A stretch of 64,000 nucleotides of DNA from Candidatus Peregrinibacteria bacterium Greene0416_19. Lineage in GTDB: Bacteria; Patescibacteriota; Gracilibacteria; Peribacterales; Peribacteraceae. Shown here piece after piece: positions 1-9,148 of the stretch (its first letter is position 1; each line of letters opens with the position of its first letter). The position numbers and the translations under genes are program-made. Below the pieces are notes generated by a model that ran no database searches, was not told where the DNA came from, and saw only the letters and a list, made by a program, of their open reading frames with translations. The stretch covers positions 1,494 through 65,493 of the forward strand of contig VMEW01000007.1 in assembly GCA_007375735.1 (NCBI GenBank), read 5' to 3'.

Positions 1-1434
1 CTCCCCATCGTTCACCAGTCGGATCTTCACTTTGTCACCCACTTTGAACTGGTAGGCGATGTCCATGTTCTCCTTCGCTGAAGCCTCATCGATCAGTTTC
101 CACTGCGTATTGTGTTTCGTAGACATGGCGTTCACCTGCGGCATCGGGTCTTCCCACTCAATGCCATCGTCGCTTTCAGGAGTCGGAGCGTTGCCGCCGT
201 GTTCTCCTCCGCCCGTGGTGAGCTTTGTCGAACCATGTTGCATGCCCCCGGGGTTTCCTTGCTGCATCATGCGCGCCGGCATCGACTCGACGGAGAGGTG
301 GATGGTTTTGTCGACGGGCTTGTCGAAGTACGGACGAAAAGCATCGATATCCCGGATGATATCGGCATGTTCACGGATCCTGTCCTGTCGCAGCCGGACC
401 GGAGGCAACGCATTATCAACGACGACCGTTCCCAAGGCATACTGAAAATCACCCGGACCCCCGTGCTCGAGAGTGTATGTCGTCGTTTCATCGAATCGAA
501 CGTCGACGATGGCCCGCTCCGATGGACTGAGAGTGACGAACGACACGCGCTGCTCGCGCTCATACCGACCGCCGTCGCCACCGACGAGTGTCAGGGGAAC
601 TAGCGATTCACTGTGCATATTTCTGACCTGGAAACGGAATGTTCGGGTATTCGCCGCATTGATGAGGTACAACCGTACGGTTCCCTGTTGAATGCCAAAA
701 CCGAAACTCAAAGGATCCGTTCCATTGATGAGCATCGTGTTCCCAAATCGTCCCATGAGCGCGTGGTTGGCCTCCTTCTCGCCGTAGGGCACGGGCAGTT
801 CACCTTCGAGGAGTATGTCATCGAGCATCAGAACCTCTTCACGGTTCACGACGCTATAGAGCTTCTCGTCTTTCGGTGTCACCCAGAGACCACCGTACAG
901 TCCCATATCCTGCTGCAAGTCCTCGCGGACGTGCGGGTGATACCAGAACATGCCTTCGTCGGGCACCTTCACGGTGTACGAAAAGCTCTCTCCCGGCTGG
1001 ATGGCCTCCTGCGTCACGCCCGCCGCGCCGTCGAATCGATTCTCCAGCCGGATGCCATGCCAGTGTATGGTCGTCGGGACATCGATGTTGTTCGTGACGT
1101 TCACCGTGAAAGTCGATCCCTGCTTCACCTTGAGGGTCGGGCCGGGGAACTGGCCGTTGTAGGCATAGAGCGCGAACGTTCTTCCGACAATCGTCGCGCG
1201 GACCAGCTCGGGGTTGAGGGTGATCGTCTCGCCGTCTTTCACTTCCAGAATACTCATCGGCTTCGCTTCGGGAAGCTGGTCGATGTTCTTGTCGCGGGCC
1301 GGAAGAAAGGAGCCCTGCATCATTCCGCCTCGATCGCCGCCCATCATGCCGCCACCGCCCATCTGATTGAAATTGGTGGGGGCACAGGCTGCGAGGAAAA
1401 GAGTTCCGATGATGAGGAACGAGCGGTACTTCAT
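1..1434 (-). CDS. Multicopper oxidase, lipoprotein; C-terminus lies beyond the window edge
   Basis: The ORF is not in the track because it runs off the window. I translated the minus strand by hand from the ATG at 1434..1432: MKYRSFLIIGTLFLAACAPT (lipobox LAAC), a Met-rich GGGGMMGGDRGGMMQG stretch, then TIHWHGIRLENRFDG and MFWYHPHVRED (the HxHG and WYHPH copper-ligand motifs of MCO domain 1). The frame stays open to position 1. Confidence 0.85.
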   Translation of the reverse strand, partial: MKYRSFLIIGTLFLAACAPTNFNQMGGGGMMGGDRGGMMQGSFLPARDKNIDQLPEAKPMSILEVKDGETITLNPELVRATIVGRTFALYAYNGQFPGPTLKVKQGSTFTVNVTNNIDVPTTIHWHGIRLENRFDGAAGVTQEAIQPGESFSYTVKVPDEGMFWYHPHVREDLQQDMGLYGGLWVTPKDEKLYSVVNREEVLMLDDILLEGELPVPYGEKEANHALMGRFGNTMLINGTDPLSFGFGIQQGTVRLYLINAANTRTFRFQVRNMHSESLVPLTLVGGDGGRYEREQRVSFVTLSPSERAIVDVRFDETTTYTLEHGGPGDFQYALGTVVVDNALPPVRLRQDRIREHADIIRDIDAFRPYFDKPVDKTIHLSVESMPARMMQQGNPGGMQHGSTKLTTGGGEHGGNAPTPESDDGIEWEDPMPQVNAMSTKHNTQWKLIDEASAKENMDIAYQFKVGDKVKIRLVNDGE

Positions 1435-1674
1435 GAGGAATGAGGGGAATGGGATGGACGAAAGAGTGGGGGAAGAAAGCCGACAATCAGTCCCGCAAGG
1501 AGGCTCGCGCCGACGGCGATCGCTGTGTCTTGCGAAGAATACTGGAACTGCGGCTCGAAGAAGCGCGAAGAGAATCCCTTCCCAGCGCCCCGTGCCACCA
1601 CATGTCCCACGTTCCCGCGAGCACTGCCCAGAAGAGAGCGATGGTGATAAGCCGGATGAGGTGGGTGGGCAATA

Positions 1675-4600
1675 TCATTGCTCCGTACAGGGAACGGTCG
1701 GATCGGCGACGCAATTCTCCACCGGCGGCTTGCCTCGCTCCGGGCAGGTCTGGGAGTAGAGACACGCATCGTCCGAAAGCGTCTGCAGCTGCTCTGGCAA
1801 TTGTTCCCCGGTCGCGCCGTACGTCAGCAGGATCCCATCGAGATCACGAAAGACGTAGCCAGGATCAAACGGCTGCTCCGTTCCGTTCACAAACATCTGC
1901 CAGCGCCGCTGCCCTGAACCGGCGGTGCCAGCCGCGTGGTTCGGGGTTCCGTCCTGGTTGCAGGCGGACGTTCCATCATCGAGCGCGATGCATTGCGCGG
2001 TGGCGATGATACCGACTGCCTTCAGAAATTCACCGACGGACTGCCCCGGTTTGTGCCGGTGGATGACGAGACCGTTGCCATCGTGCAAATGAGGATTTGT
2101 CTCCTTGTCCGGGTCAGTCGATTCTTCGCTCAGCATGTACTTCTCCCCGGAGAGATCGATTCTTCGTCCCTCAATCCACATCGCCAGATCGGCGTGCGTG
2201 TGGTTGGGATCGGGATTGACGGCGGAGAACATGTGAGGGTTCGGAGGTCCTTCCACGATGATTTCTCCCAGCGCCCCCCGGTCGATGGAGCGCGTCAGGC
2301 TGTGATCGACGAGGAGGTAGGTACCCGGCGCGTCGACGGTGAACTCCACGACGGTCGATCCGCCTGCCGGAATCGTCGTTGTCTGAACATTGCGCAGTGG
2401 CGGAGAAATTATGTCACCTTCGGAATACACTTTGTCGAAGACCGCGCCGATGACGTGGAAGTTGGAAGGAACGAAACCGCCCACGCCGATGTAGAGACGG
2501 ATGCGCTCGCCGACCTTCGCCTTCAGCGCCCCGCTTCCGCGCAACGCGCCGACGCGGCCGTTGAAGACGACATACTCGGGTTGTTCGTCGAGGAGCTTTG
2601 GAAGCGAGAAATTCTGTCGGCCTTTTCGTCCGAGTGTTCCTGACGTGTAGAGCTCGCCCTGCATGACGTAGAATTCACGATCGACTGGTTCAAGGTTTTT
2701 TTTGGGTTCCACGACGATCAGACCGTACATGCCGTTGGCGATGTGCGTGGGAACGTGCGGGCTTGCGCAGTGATAGACGTACACTCCCGGCCGGTTCGCC
2801 TTGAAGCGGAAGATCTTCGTCTCCCCGTCCGCCACCTGCGTGAGGACCGAGCCGCCTCCCGGCCCCGTGACCGCGTGGAGATCGATGGAGTGCGTCGCAT
2901 GGCCCTCGGCGGCATGGGAGGCGCTTGCCTCATGTGCATCTCCGTCGTCCTTCCCGCCATCCGCGCGTGCGCGCGGAACGAGAAGATCGAATGTGACATC
3001 GTCGGCGCTTTTTCCAGCCGTATCTTCATCACCTTCCGCATGCGTGAGCTGCAACTCGACAGTGTCGCCCTCCCGCACGCGCAGAAATGGGCCGGGAACC
3101 GTCCCATTGTACGTCCAGTATTGATAGGTCATACCGGGAGCAAGCTCCGAGATAACCTCCCTCGTTTCCAGTTTGATCACGACCGTGCCGTCATTTTTTC
3201 GTGTGATAGGCGAAGCCAGATCTGCGGCCGATCGGCTGATTTCAGGAAGTAGCCGGTCTGCAGACGACATACCCTCTGCTGTCGCACTGCTGAGCTTGGC
3301 GAAGCCGAGGAAGAGAGCCGTAAACCCGACGGCCATGAAAATTGGCGCAAAGTCCGAGAGCCAGTTCTTCCTCGTTGGATAGAAACCTTTCAGGAGAAGT
3401 GAGTTCGTGACGACGGAGACGGAGCTGAGCGCCATCGCGAGTCCGGCGAGCTCGGGCCGCAGAATAATCCCGAAGCTGATGAAGGCTCTGGCGGCGATGG
3501 GAATGCCGATCACATTGAAGAACAGCGCGAAGAACATGTTCTGTTTGATCTTCCCGACTGTCGCCTTGCTGAGCTTGATGGCGGTCACCACATCGCGCAG
3601 GTCGTTCTTCACCAGCACGATGCCGCCCGTCTCCATAGCGATGTCGGTACCGCTGCCCATGGCGATCCCGAGATCGGCCTGGGCAAGGGCGGGGCTGTCG
3701 TTGATGCCGTCGCCGACCATCGCGACGCGCTTACCCTGTTCCTGCAATTTCTTCACTTCATTCGCCTTCTCCTCCGGCAGCACCTCCGCAAGCACATGCT
3801 CAATGCCCGTCTGCCGCGCGAGGGCCAGCGCCGTGCGTTTGTTGTCTCCGGTGATCATGTAGACCGTGAGTCCCATATGCTTCAATCGATCCACTGCCTC
3901 TTTTGAGGTCTCTTTGAGCGTGTCGGCAACGGCAATAGCGCCGATGATCTCGTTTTCATCGGCGAGCAGCATTACCGTTTTTCCATCATCCTCGAGTGTT
4001 GTAATTGCCTGCTGGTGATGCGTATGCAGACGGCCGAATTCAGATTGCAATAACGCCCTGTTGCCGAGTCGATATGCTTTGCTTGCAATGTTTCCCTCGA
4101 CGCCTTTTCCTGGAATGGCACGGAAACCTTCGGTTTGTTGCATCTGTATTCCGTCTTTCTTCGCCCGCGCAACAATCGCATCGGCCAGTGGATGTTCAGA
4201 GCCCTGTTCCAAACTTGCGGCCATTTGCAGAATTTCGTCGGTTCTCATGCCTGCAATCGCGATAACATCCCTCAACTCGGGCTTCCCCTTGCTGAGCGTT
4301 CCGGTCTTGTCGAACACGATTGCATCAAGCTTGTTTGCCGCTTCGAGCGGCTCTCCGCCGCGGATAAGAATGCCGTGTTCAGCTCCTTTTCCTGTTGCGA
4401 CCATGATGCTCGTAGGAGTCGCCAGCCCCATCGCGCACGGACAGGCAATGACGATGACAGATACGAACGCAAGCAATGCGAAAGTCAGCCCAGCGCCGAG
4501 AAACATCCAGACAGCGAATGTCAGGATCGCGATGCCGATCACAGCGGGAACGAACCATGAAGAGATCCAATCGGCGAATGCCTGAATGGGAGCCTTCGAT

Positions 4601-5607
4601 CCCTGCGCTTCCTCCACGAAACGGATGATCTGGGCGAGTGCCGTCTCGGAGCCGACTTTCTCGGCGCGGAATTCGATGCTGCCGGTGCCATTCATCGTCG
4701 CACCAAAGACGCGGTCACCTTCTTTCTTCTCTACGGGAATGCTTTCGCCCGTGAGCATGGATTCATCCACGGAAGAAAGACCTTTGAGCACCGTGCCATC
4801 CACGGGAATCTTCTCCCCTGGGCGTACGACGACGATATCTCCGGCTTGCACATTCTCGATGGGAACATCCACTACTTGTCCATTCCTGAGGATGCGAGCC
4901 GTCTTCGCCTGCAAGCCCATCAGCTTCTGTATTGCCTCGCTCGTCGCGCCTTTCGCGCGCGCTTCCAGCCATTTCCCCAACAGGACGAACGTGATGAGCA
5001 AGGCGGCGACCTCGAAGTAGAGATCATGTATCTCGCCGATCACCGTTCCTTCCGTGAGGAAGTGATCAATGAAGTTGTAGAGACTGTAGAAGTAGGCGGT
5101 GGAAGTACCGATGGCGATGAGGCTGTCCATGTTGAACGTCCTCATTTTCAGGCTCGACCACATGCCCCGATAGAAGCCGTACCCCAGCCAGAACTGCACC
5201 GGCGTTGCGAGTATCAGTGAGATGATGCCCATAGAGGGTATGACTGCTTCATGGACGGGCGAATCTGGCAGAAAGGACAGCACCATAAATCCGAGCATCG
5301 GAAGGCTCAGGACCAGACCAGCCCAGAATTTCCGGCCATACGTTCGGATTTCATCCAGACGTCGCCTCTTGTCCGCCTCTCGATCCTTTTCATCCGCGAC
5401 CGCGGCACCGTAGCCCGCCGCTTTCACGGCTGCGATGAGGCCCTGTTCGTCGACTTTGCCAGGATCGAAGCGGATGCGCGCTTTGTTCGCACCATAATTC
5501 ACATTTGCCTCCTCGACACCGGCAGTCTTCTTGAGCTTCCGGGTGATGAGCGCACTGCAACTGGCACAGTGCATGCCCGTGATGGAGAGAGTAGTCTGAG
5601 AAGCCAT
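1675..5607 (-). CDS. copA: Cu(I)-translocating P1B-type ATPase (CopA) fused to a NirK-type two-domain copper nitrite reductase module and a Cys/His-rich C-terminal domain (1310 aa)
   Basis: ATPase motifs: [18 protein letters not shown] ([12 protein letters not shown]), [23 protein letters not shown]. An extra hydrophobic helix follows ([20 protein letters not shown]). Then come the NirK ligand motifs [24 protein letters not shown] and LVDHSL, followed by a tail containing [13 protein letters not shown] and multiple Cys. Confidence 0.9.
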   Translation of the reverse strand: MASQTTLSITGMHCASCSALITRKLKKTAGVEEANVNYGANKARIRFDPGKVDEQGLIAAVKAAGYGAAVADEKDREADKRRRLDEIRTYGRKFWAGLVLSLPMLGFMVLSFLPDSPVHEAVIPSMGIISLILATPVQFWLGYGFYRGMWSSLKMRTFNMDSLIAIGTSTAYFYSLYNFIDHFLTEGTVIGEIHDLYFEVAALLITFVLLGKWLEARAKGATSEAIQKLMGLQAKTARILRNGQVVDVPIENVQAGDIVVVRPGEKIPVDGTVLKGLSSVDESMLTGESIPVEKKEGDRVFGATMNGTGSIEFRAEKVGSETALAQIIRFVEEAQGSKAPIQAFADWISSWFVPAVIGIAILTFAVWMFLGAGLTFALLAFVSVIVIACPCAMGLATPTSIMVATGKGAEHGILIRGGEPLEAANKLDAIVFDKTGTLSKGKPELRDVIAIAGMRTDEILQMAASLEQGSEHPLADAIVARAKKDGIQMQQTEGFRAIPGKGVEGNIASKAYRLGNRALLQSEFGRLHTHHQQAITTLEDDGKTVMLLADENEIIGAIAVADTLKETSKEAVDRLKHMGLTVYMITGDNKRTALALARQTGIEHVLAEVLPEEKANEVKKLQEQGKRVAMVGDGINDSPALAQADLGIAMGSGTDIAMETGGIVLVKNDLRDVVTAIKLSKATVGKIKQNMFFALFFNVIGIPIAARAFISFGIILRPELAGLAMALSSVSVVTNSLLLKGFYPTRKNWLSDFAPIFMAVGFTALFLGFAKLSSATAEGMSSADRLLPEISRSAADLASPITRKNDGTVVIKLETREVISELAPGMTYQYWTYNGTVPGPFLRVREGDTVELQLTHAEGDEDTAGKSADDVTFDLLVPRARADGGKDDGDAHEASASHAAEGHATHSIDLHAVTGPGGGSVLTQVADGETKIFRFKANRPGVYVYHCASPHVPTHIANGMYGLIVVEPKKNLEPVDREFYVMQGELYTSGTLGRKGRQNFSLPKLLDEQPEYVVFNGRVGALRGSGALKAKVGERIRLYIGVGGFVPSNFHVIGAVFDKVYSEGDIISPPLRNVQTTTIPAGGSTVVEFTVDAPGTYLLVDHSLTRSIDRGALGEIIVEGPPNPHMFSAVNPDPNHTHADLAMWIEGRRIDLSGEKYMLSEESTDPDKETNPHLHDGNGLVIHRHKPGQSVGEFLKAVGIIATAQCIALDDGTSACNQDGTPNHAAGTAGSGQRRWQMFVNGTEQPFDPGYVFRDLDGILLTYGATGEQLPEQLQTLSDDACLYSQTCPERGKPPVENCVADPTVPCTEQ

Positions 5608-5671
5608 GAGCGGATTGTTGAAAAGAAAGTCATAAAGAAGTTAGGGAACGAGGCTGGTTTGCCGGCCGTAG

Positions 5672-5896
5672 TCACGTACGCGACAAAGGCTGGATCTTGT
5701 ACTTTTCATCAAGGGACTCGATTTCCTGCGTCCACTTCTGCATGTCGAAATGTTCGTCATGATTGAGCGTGACTTTCTTCGTATCAATATCGACCTCGGC
5801 GCTCGTGAGGGAGGGAAATCCGCTGCTCACGTCCTTGATGAGCGCAGCGCAGGAAGCGCAGTGAATGCCGGGGATGGAGACGGTAGTCTGAGGCAT
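5672..5896 (-). CDS. copZ: Copper chaperone CopZ (single HMA domain, 74 aa)
   Basis: Internal start MPQTTVSIPGIHCASCAALIKD with a GxHCxxC metal-binding motif. The longer track ORF (to 6229) overlaps csoR, so the start was trimmed to the ATG at 5896. Confidence 0.85.
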   Translation of the reverse strand: MPQTTVSIPGIHCASCAALIKDVSSGFPSLTSAEVDIDTKKVTLNHDEHFDMQKWTQEIESLDEKYKIQPLSRT

Positions 5897-5925
5897 GAGA
5901 TGAAGATGGAAGGAAGCGGAAAGGG

Positions 5926-6198
5926 TTAGGAACGTTTGGACAATCCGATGGCGTGCGTCAGCTCCTTCACGAACGCATCGTGCTGGGTCTTGGACGAGAG
6001 TTTTTTCCTTGCGCACGTGTGCAGATGGCTCTCCAGCACGATGCCCTGGATGTGCCGCAGATGTCCGTGCATGGCCAATATCTGCTCCAGAACCTCGGGG
6101 CAGTAGGTGTCCTCTTGCACCATCGTTTCCACCTTCTGCAGAAGACCGCGCAATCGTTTGAGCGCGGCGGTCACCTGGATCTTGGAGGTCGGGAGCAT
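5926..6198 (-). CDS. csoR: CsoR/RcnR-family copper-sensing transcriptional repressor
   Basis: 90 aa with YCPEVLEQILAMHGHLRHIQ...HLHTC, the C-H-C ligand pattern of the CsoR (DUF156) family. It heads the csoR-copZ-copA gene order. Confidence 0.9.
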   Translation of the reverse strand: MLPTSKIQVTAALKRLRGLLQKVETMVQEDTYCPEVLEQILAMHGHLRHIQGIVLESHLHTCARKKLSSKTQHDAFVKELTHAIGLSKRS

Positions 6199-6208
6199 GG
6201 CAGAAAGG

Positions 6209-6240
6209 GGTAGGGGGTAGTGGTACCATATCCCCCTACC
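6209..6240. promoter_or_regulatory. Candidate CsoR operator: 32-bp GC-rich inverted repeat centred on GGTACC
   Basis: GGTAGGGGGTAGTGGTACCATATCCCCCTACC has half-sites TAGGGGG / CCCCCTA, resembling the known CsoR operators (TACCC..GGGGGTA type). It lies 11 nt upstream of the csoR ATG. Confidence 0.7.
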
Positions 6241-6254
6241 GCCATGCGTGTCAA
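6225..6254 (-). promoter_or_regulatory. Sigma70-like promoter of the csoR-copZ-copA operon
   Basis: The minus strand reads TTGACA (6254..6249), an 18-nt spacer, then TATGGT (6230..6225). The operator palindrome overlaps the spacer and the -10. Confidence 0.5.
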
Positions 6255-6311
6255 TGCCATTTCTCTCGATCGCGATTTGCCCCGTTCCATCGTAGTGGCC
6301 GGAGCCGCGGC

Positions 6312-7175
6312 TTATGAATCGGAATCGAGCAGCACATCGATCACTGTCTTGAAGCTTGCGAACGGTACTGCACCGGAAATTATGCGGTTTTCGTCGGTCT
6401 TCAGATTCACGACGATGTTCCCCGGCGTGCCATTCACTCCGGCGGCACTGCCGCCAGTCATGTCATCCTGTACATGCTTCGCGTACTTGCCGCTGTCGAG
6501 ACAATTCTTGAATTGCGCTTCGTCGAGGCCGAGTTCTTTTGCGAGGGGCGCGAGATTCTCGAGCGGGAATCCCGTGCCACCGGCGACGGTCCGCTCGAAG
6601 ATGGCATCCGTGTATTTCCAGAATGCGTCGTTGCCGCCAAACTCATTTGCGCACTCGGATGCCTCGGCTTCCTTCTGGGCGTTCGCGTGGAAGCTCAAAG
6701 GGAAGTGGCGGTAGACCCAGACAACATCGTCCTTATAGGCATCCATGATCTGCTTCATCGTCGGATGATGCCGCTGGCAGAACGGGCACTCGAAGTCCGA
6801 ATATTCGACGACGGCAACCTTTGCCTTCGTGAAGTCTCCACGGATGTGATCAATCTTTGCACTGATCGGAGGAAGATTGTCTGTCGATGTCGGCTCAGGA
6901 GGTTGTTGGGGAGCCGGTGCTGCCGGGGCTTGAGCGACTTGGGCGGGAGGACTCCCTGCAGATGTGGGAAAGTTTCCCGTGCGCCACTTGCCGATTCCGA
7001 AGCCGACGATCAGTCCCATCAAGCCGAGAGAGACTGTGAACCATGGATTCGACCCGTTCGATGAACTCAGGTCAAGCTGGCTCACCACAGGTGGATTGTT
7101 GGCCGAGGAAGGGATCGATGATCGCTGAGAGCTTCCAGCGTTTTTCTGCGGCGTGTCTTGCCATTGGATTGCCAT
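6312..7175 (-). CDS. DsbA-family thiol:disulfide oxidoreductase, membrane-anchored
   Basis: N-terminal TM segment (WFTVSLGLMGLIVGFGIG), a Pro/Ala linker, and a thioredoxin fold with the active site SDFECPFCQRHHP. Confidence 0.85.
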   Translation of the reverse strand: MAIQWQDTPQKNAGSSQRSSIPSSANNPPVVSQLDLSSSNGSNPWFTVSLGLMGLIVGFGIGKWRTGNFPTSAGSPPAQVAQAPAAPAPQQPPEPTSTDNLPPISAKIDHIRGDFTKAKVAVVEYSDFECPFCQRHHPTMKQIMDAYKDDVVWVYRHFPLSFHANAQKEAEASECANEFGGNDAFWKYTDAIFERTVAGGTGFPLENLAPLAKELGLDEAQFKNCLDSGKYAKHVQDDMTGGSAAGVNGTPGNIVVNLKTDENRIISGAVPFASFKTVIDVLLDSDS

Positions 7176-7196
7176 ACGTGAAAGAAGAAAAGAGGA

Positions 7197-8555
7197 TTAA
7201 AGAACCGTGAAGGAACCGCGCACCATGCCCATCGAGCAGCTGAAAGCGAGCTGTCCGGGATCGGGGGCGTTGAATTCGATGATGTTCTGACCTTGGGTAA
7301 GGGTCTTGATGACGTTCAGCGTAGGGATGACAAGCTGGCTCGTGCAGCCCTGCGCGCCCTCGCCGTCCACAGTCCAGCGGACGGGAATTCCTGCCTTAAT
7401 TGTCAGATTGCGCGGTTCATAACCGTAGCGAGTCACCTTCATGGACACTTCCTGCACGCCATTCGTGACGACTGGAGCCGAACCGACAGCCACGGGCGGG
7501 CCGCTAAAGAATGAAGAGACATTGAGGCCGGCGAGTGCGAATCCACTATTGAAGTTGAAGAAAGCCAACACGAGAACGAGAGCGCCGGAAAACCGCAGGA
7601 ACAAACGCGATGCAGCGCCTTTCGCAGTTGAAGACACCGCGCTCAAACCGATGAGGGATGGGAGGGTACCGAGTGCGAAGACGAGCATCGTGAAAGCTCC
7701 CGTGACGAAGCTGCCGGATGCGAGTGCGACGAGTTGGAGAGACTGTGTAAAACCGCAGGGCAGGAAGAACGTCATGGCACCCAGCGTAGACGGAGCCAAT
7801 GGATGATCACTCTCCGAAAGATTCGCGACCCAGCGCGAGAGCTTCTTCGGCGGTCGGATGGGGAAACTGCCTTTCGGAATGATGTGCAGGATCGTGAGAG
7901 CCAGCCATAGCATGATGAAGGCCACGGCGATGCTCATGTACCCGCTCATCTTCGTCGAGAGCGTGATGGATTGCCCGATCACGCCGACGAGGCCGCCGAG
8001 AATGAAGTACGACACGAGACGGCCGATGTTGAAGTGCAGGAGCGGTTTGAACTTCTGCCATGGCGTCTCGGCCTGATGGATTTCATTGTGCTTCGCTGCA
8101 AGCGTGAGGAGAAGACCACCGGTCACGGCGAGACAACTGCTGGTACCCGCCACGAGGCCGATGACGAAGATGCCGCCAAAGGACAGCGCTCCGGAGGTCG
8201 ATGGCGCGAGCGACACGAGATCGAAGGCCTGAAGGAGCTTGTAGCCTGCAAAAATAATGATGAGCGCGCCGCCGATCTCCATCCATTTTCGCTTATCAGG
8301 AGAGAGTGTTGAGATGGATGGGGCATCGTCATCGACGACGGAATAGCCGGCCTTATGGATGACGGAGGCGATGCGATCCTCGCTGGGGAGGCGGCTGGCA
8401 TCCGCTGTCATGTGAGCGACGCCGGTTCGATGATCGATATGCACATCGACGACCCCGGGCACCACCTTGAGTTTGCGCTCGAGAAGCAGCTCGCAGCTGC
8501 CGCACGTCATTCCTGAGATGCGGATTTCTGCATGGAGATGTTTGGAGTCGGACAT
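7197..8555 (-). CDS. HMA domain / polytopic membrane domain (TauE-SafE or DsbD_2-like) / C-terminal cupredoxin-like domain fusion protein
   Basis: The N-terminus GMTCGSCELLLERKLK is an HMA domain. About 6-7 hydrophobic helices follow. The C-terminal ~95 aa (VTRYGYEPRNLTIKAGIPVRWTV...FSCSMGMVRGSFTVL) looks like a small cupredoxin-type beta sandwich. Confidence 0.8.
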   Translation of the reverse strand: MSDSKHLHAEIRISGMTCGSCELLLERKLKVVPGVVDVHIDHRTGVAHMTADASRLPSEDRIASVIHKAGYSVVDDDAPSISTLSPDKRKWMEIGGALIIIFAGYKLLQAFDLVSLAPSTSGALSFGGIFVIGLVAGTSSCLAVTGGLLLTLAAKHNEIHQAETPWQKFKPLLHFNIGRLVSYFILGGLVGVIGQSITLSTKMSGYMSIAVAFIMLWLALTILHIIPKGSFPIRPPKKLSRWVANLSESDHPLAPSTLGAMTFFLPCGFTQSLQLVALASGSFVTGAFTMLVFALGTLPSLIGLSAVSSTAKGAASRLFLRFSGALVLVLAFFNFNSGFALAGLNVSSFFSGPPVAVGSAPVVTNGVQEVSMKVTRYGYEPRNLTIKAGIPVRWTVDGEGAQGCTSQLVIPTLNVIKTLTQGQNIIEFNAPDPGQLAFSCSMGMVRGSFTVL

Positions 8556-8623
8556 AGACGCATGAGAAGAAAGGGTAAACAGAACGCCGAATATTCATTC
8601 GGCATCAGACGTGTTCATTTCTC

Positions 8624-9034
8624 TCACAGTCTCAAGACGATCGTGTCAGTGTGAATGGCAGTGGGCGGCGCGGTCGCGGGAGGAACGGCAACCGAGGCAG
8701 TCTGAGATGCTGCGGAGATGATGGGGATCGGGTTAGCAGTTCCGATGTGCGGCGCATCGAAGGTTACCGCGCTAGCAGCAGCGTTCTGTGATTGGGAAAA
8801 ACAATGTCCGGCGCATCCTGTCTGTTGCCGCGACTGGTCCCCGTCATTCAGTTGCACTTGTACGCAATGATCGCAGTTGGCAGGAGACATCGGAAACATC
8901 GGCGTCATGACCATTTCCATGTGTACCGCGTACGGCATCGCCGTGTCCTCTGCAAAGGCCATCGGCATCACGCAGAAATTGCCGATGACAACGTGGACGG
9001 CGAAGACAATGCTTACGGGTATTCTCATGCTCAT
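8624..9034 (-). CDS. Secreted Met/His/Cys-rich small protein, possible Cu-binding
   Basis: Signal-like N-terminus, then AMPYAVHMEMVMTPMFPMSPANCDHC and GCAGHC. The context is the last gene of the copper island. Confidence 0.55.
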   Translation of the reverse strand: MSMRIPVSIVFAVHVVIGNFCVMPMAFAEDTAMPYAVHMEMVMTPMFPMSPANCDHCVQVQLNDGDQSRQQTGCAGHCFSQSQNAAASAVTFDAPHIGTANPIPIISAASQTASVAVPPATAPPTAIHTDTIVLRL

Positions 9035-9109
9035 TTGACAGTAGTATAGACCTTTTTGAAATTTGAATCAAAATCGGAGAGCCGTGGGCGGCTCTGCATG
9101 CCCGGCACC

Positions 9110-9138
9110 TTGGAGAAACAAGGTAAAAGTGCTATAAT
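9110..9138 (+). promoter_or_regulatory. Sigma70 promoter with extended -10 for the giant-protein cluster
   Basis: TTGGAG (9110-9115), 17-nt spacer, TGcTATAAT (-10 at 9133-9138). The first plausible ATG (9149) is only 10 nt after the -10, so the transcript would be leaderless or nearly so. Confidence 0.55.
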
Positions 9139-9148
9139 CATAAGATTT

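Noticed and set aside
613-1443. 276-aa plus-strand ORF and 210-aa minus-strand ORF (854-1486) at the window start
   Set aside because: A third frame (minus strand, ATG at 1434, open to position 1) encodes a multicopper oxidase with HWHG and WYHPH motifs and a lipobox. The listed ORFs are shadows of that frame.
2220-3240. Claiming a denitrification pathway from the NirK-type module
   Set aside because: No nor, nos, nar or nap genes and no cytochrome or pseudoazurin electron-donor genes are present in the window. The module could serve copper handling or detoxification, so only the domain identity is claimed.
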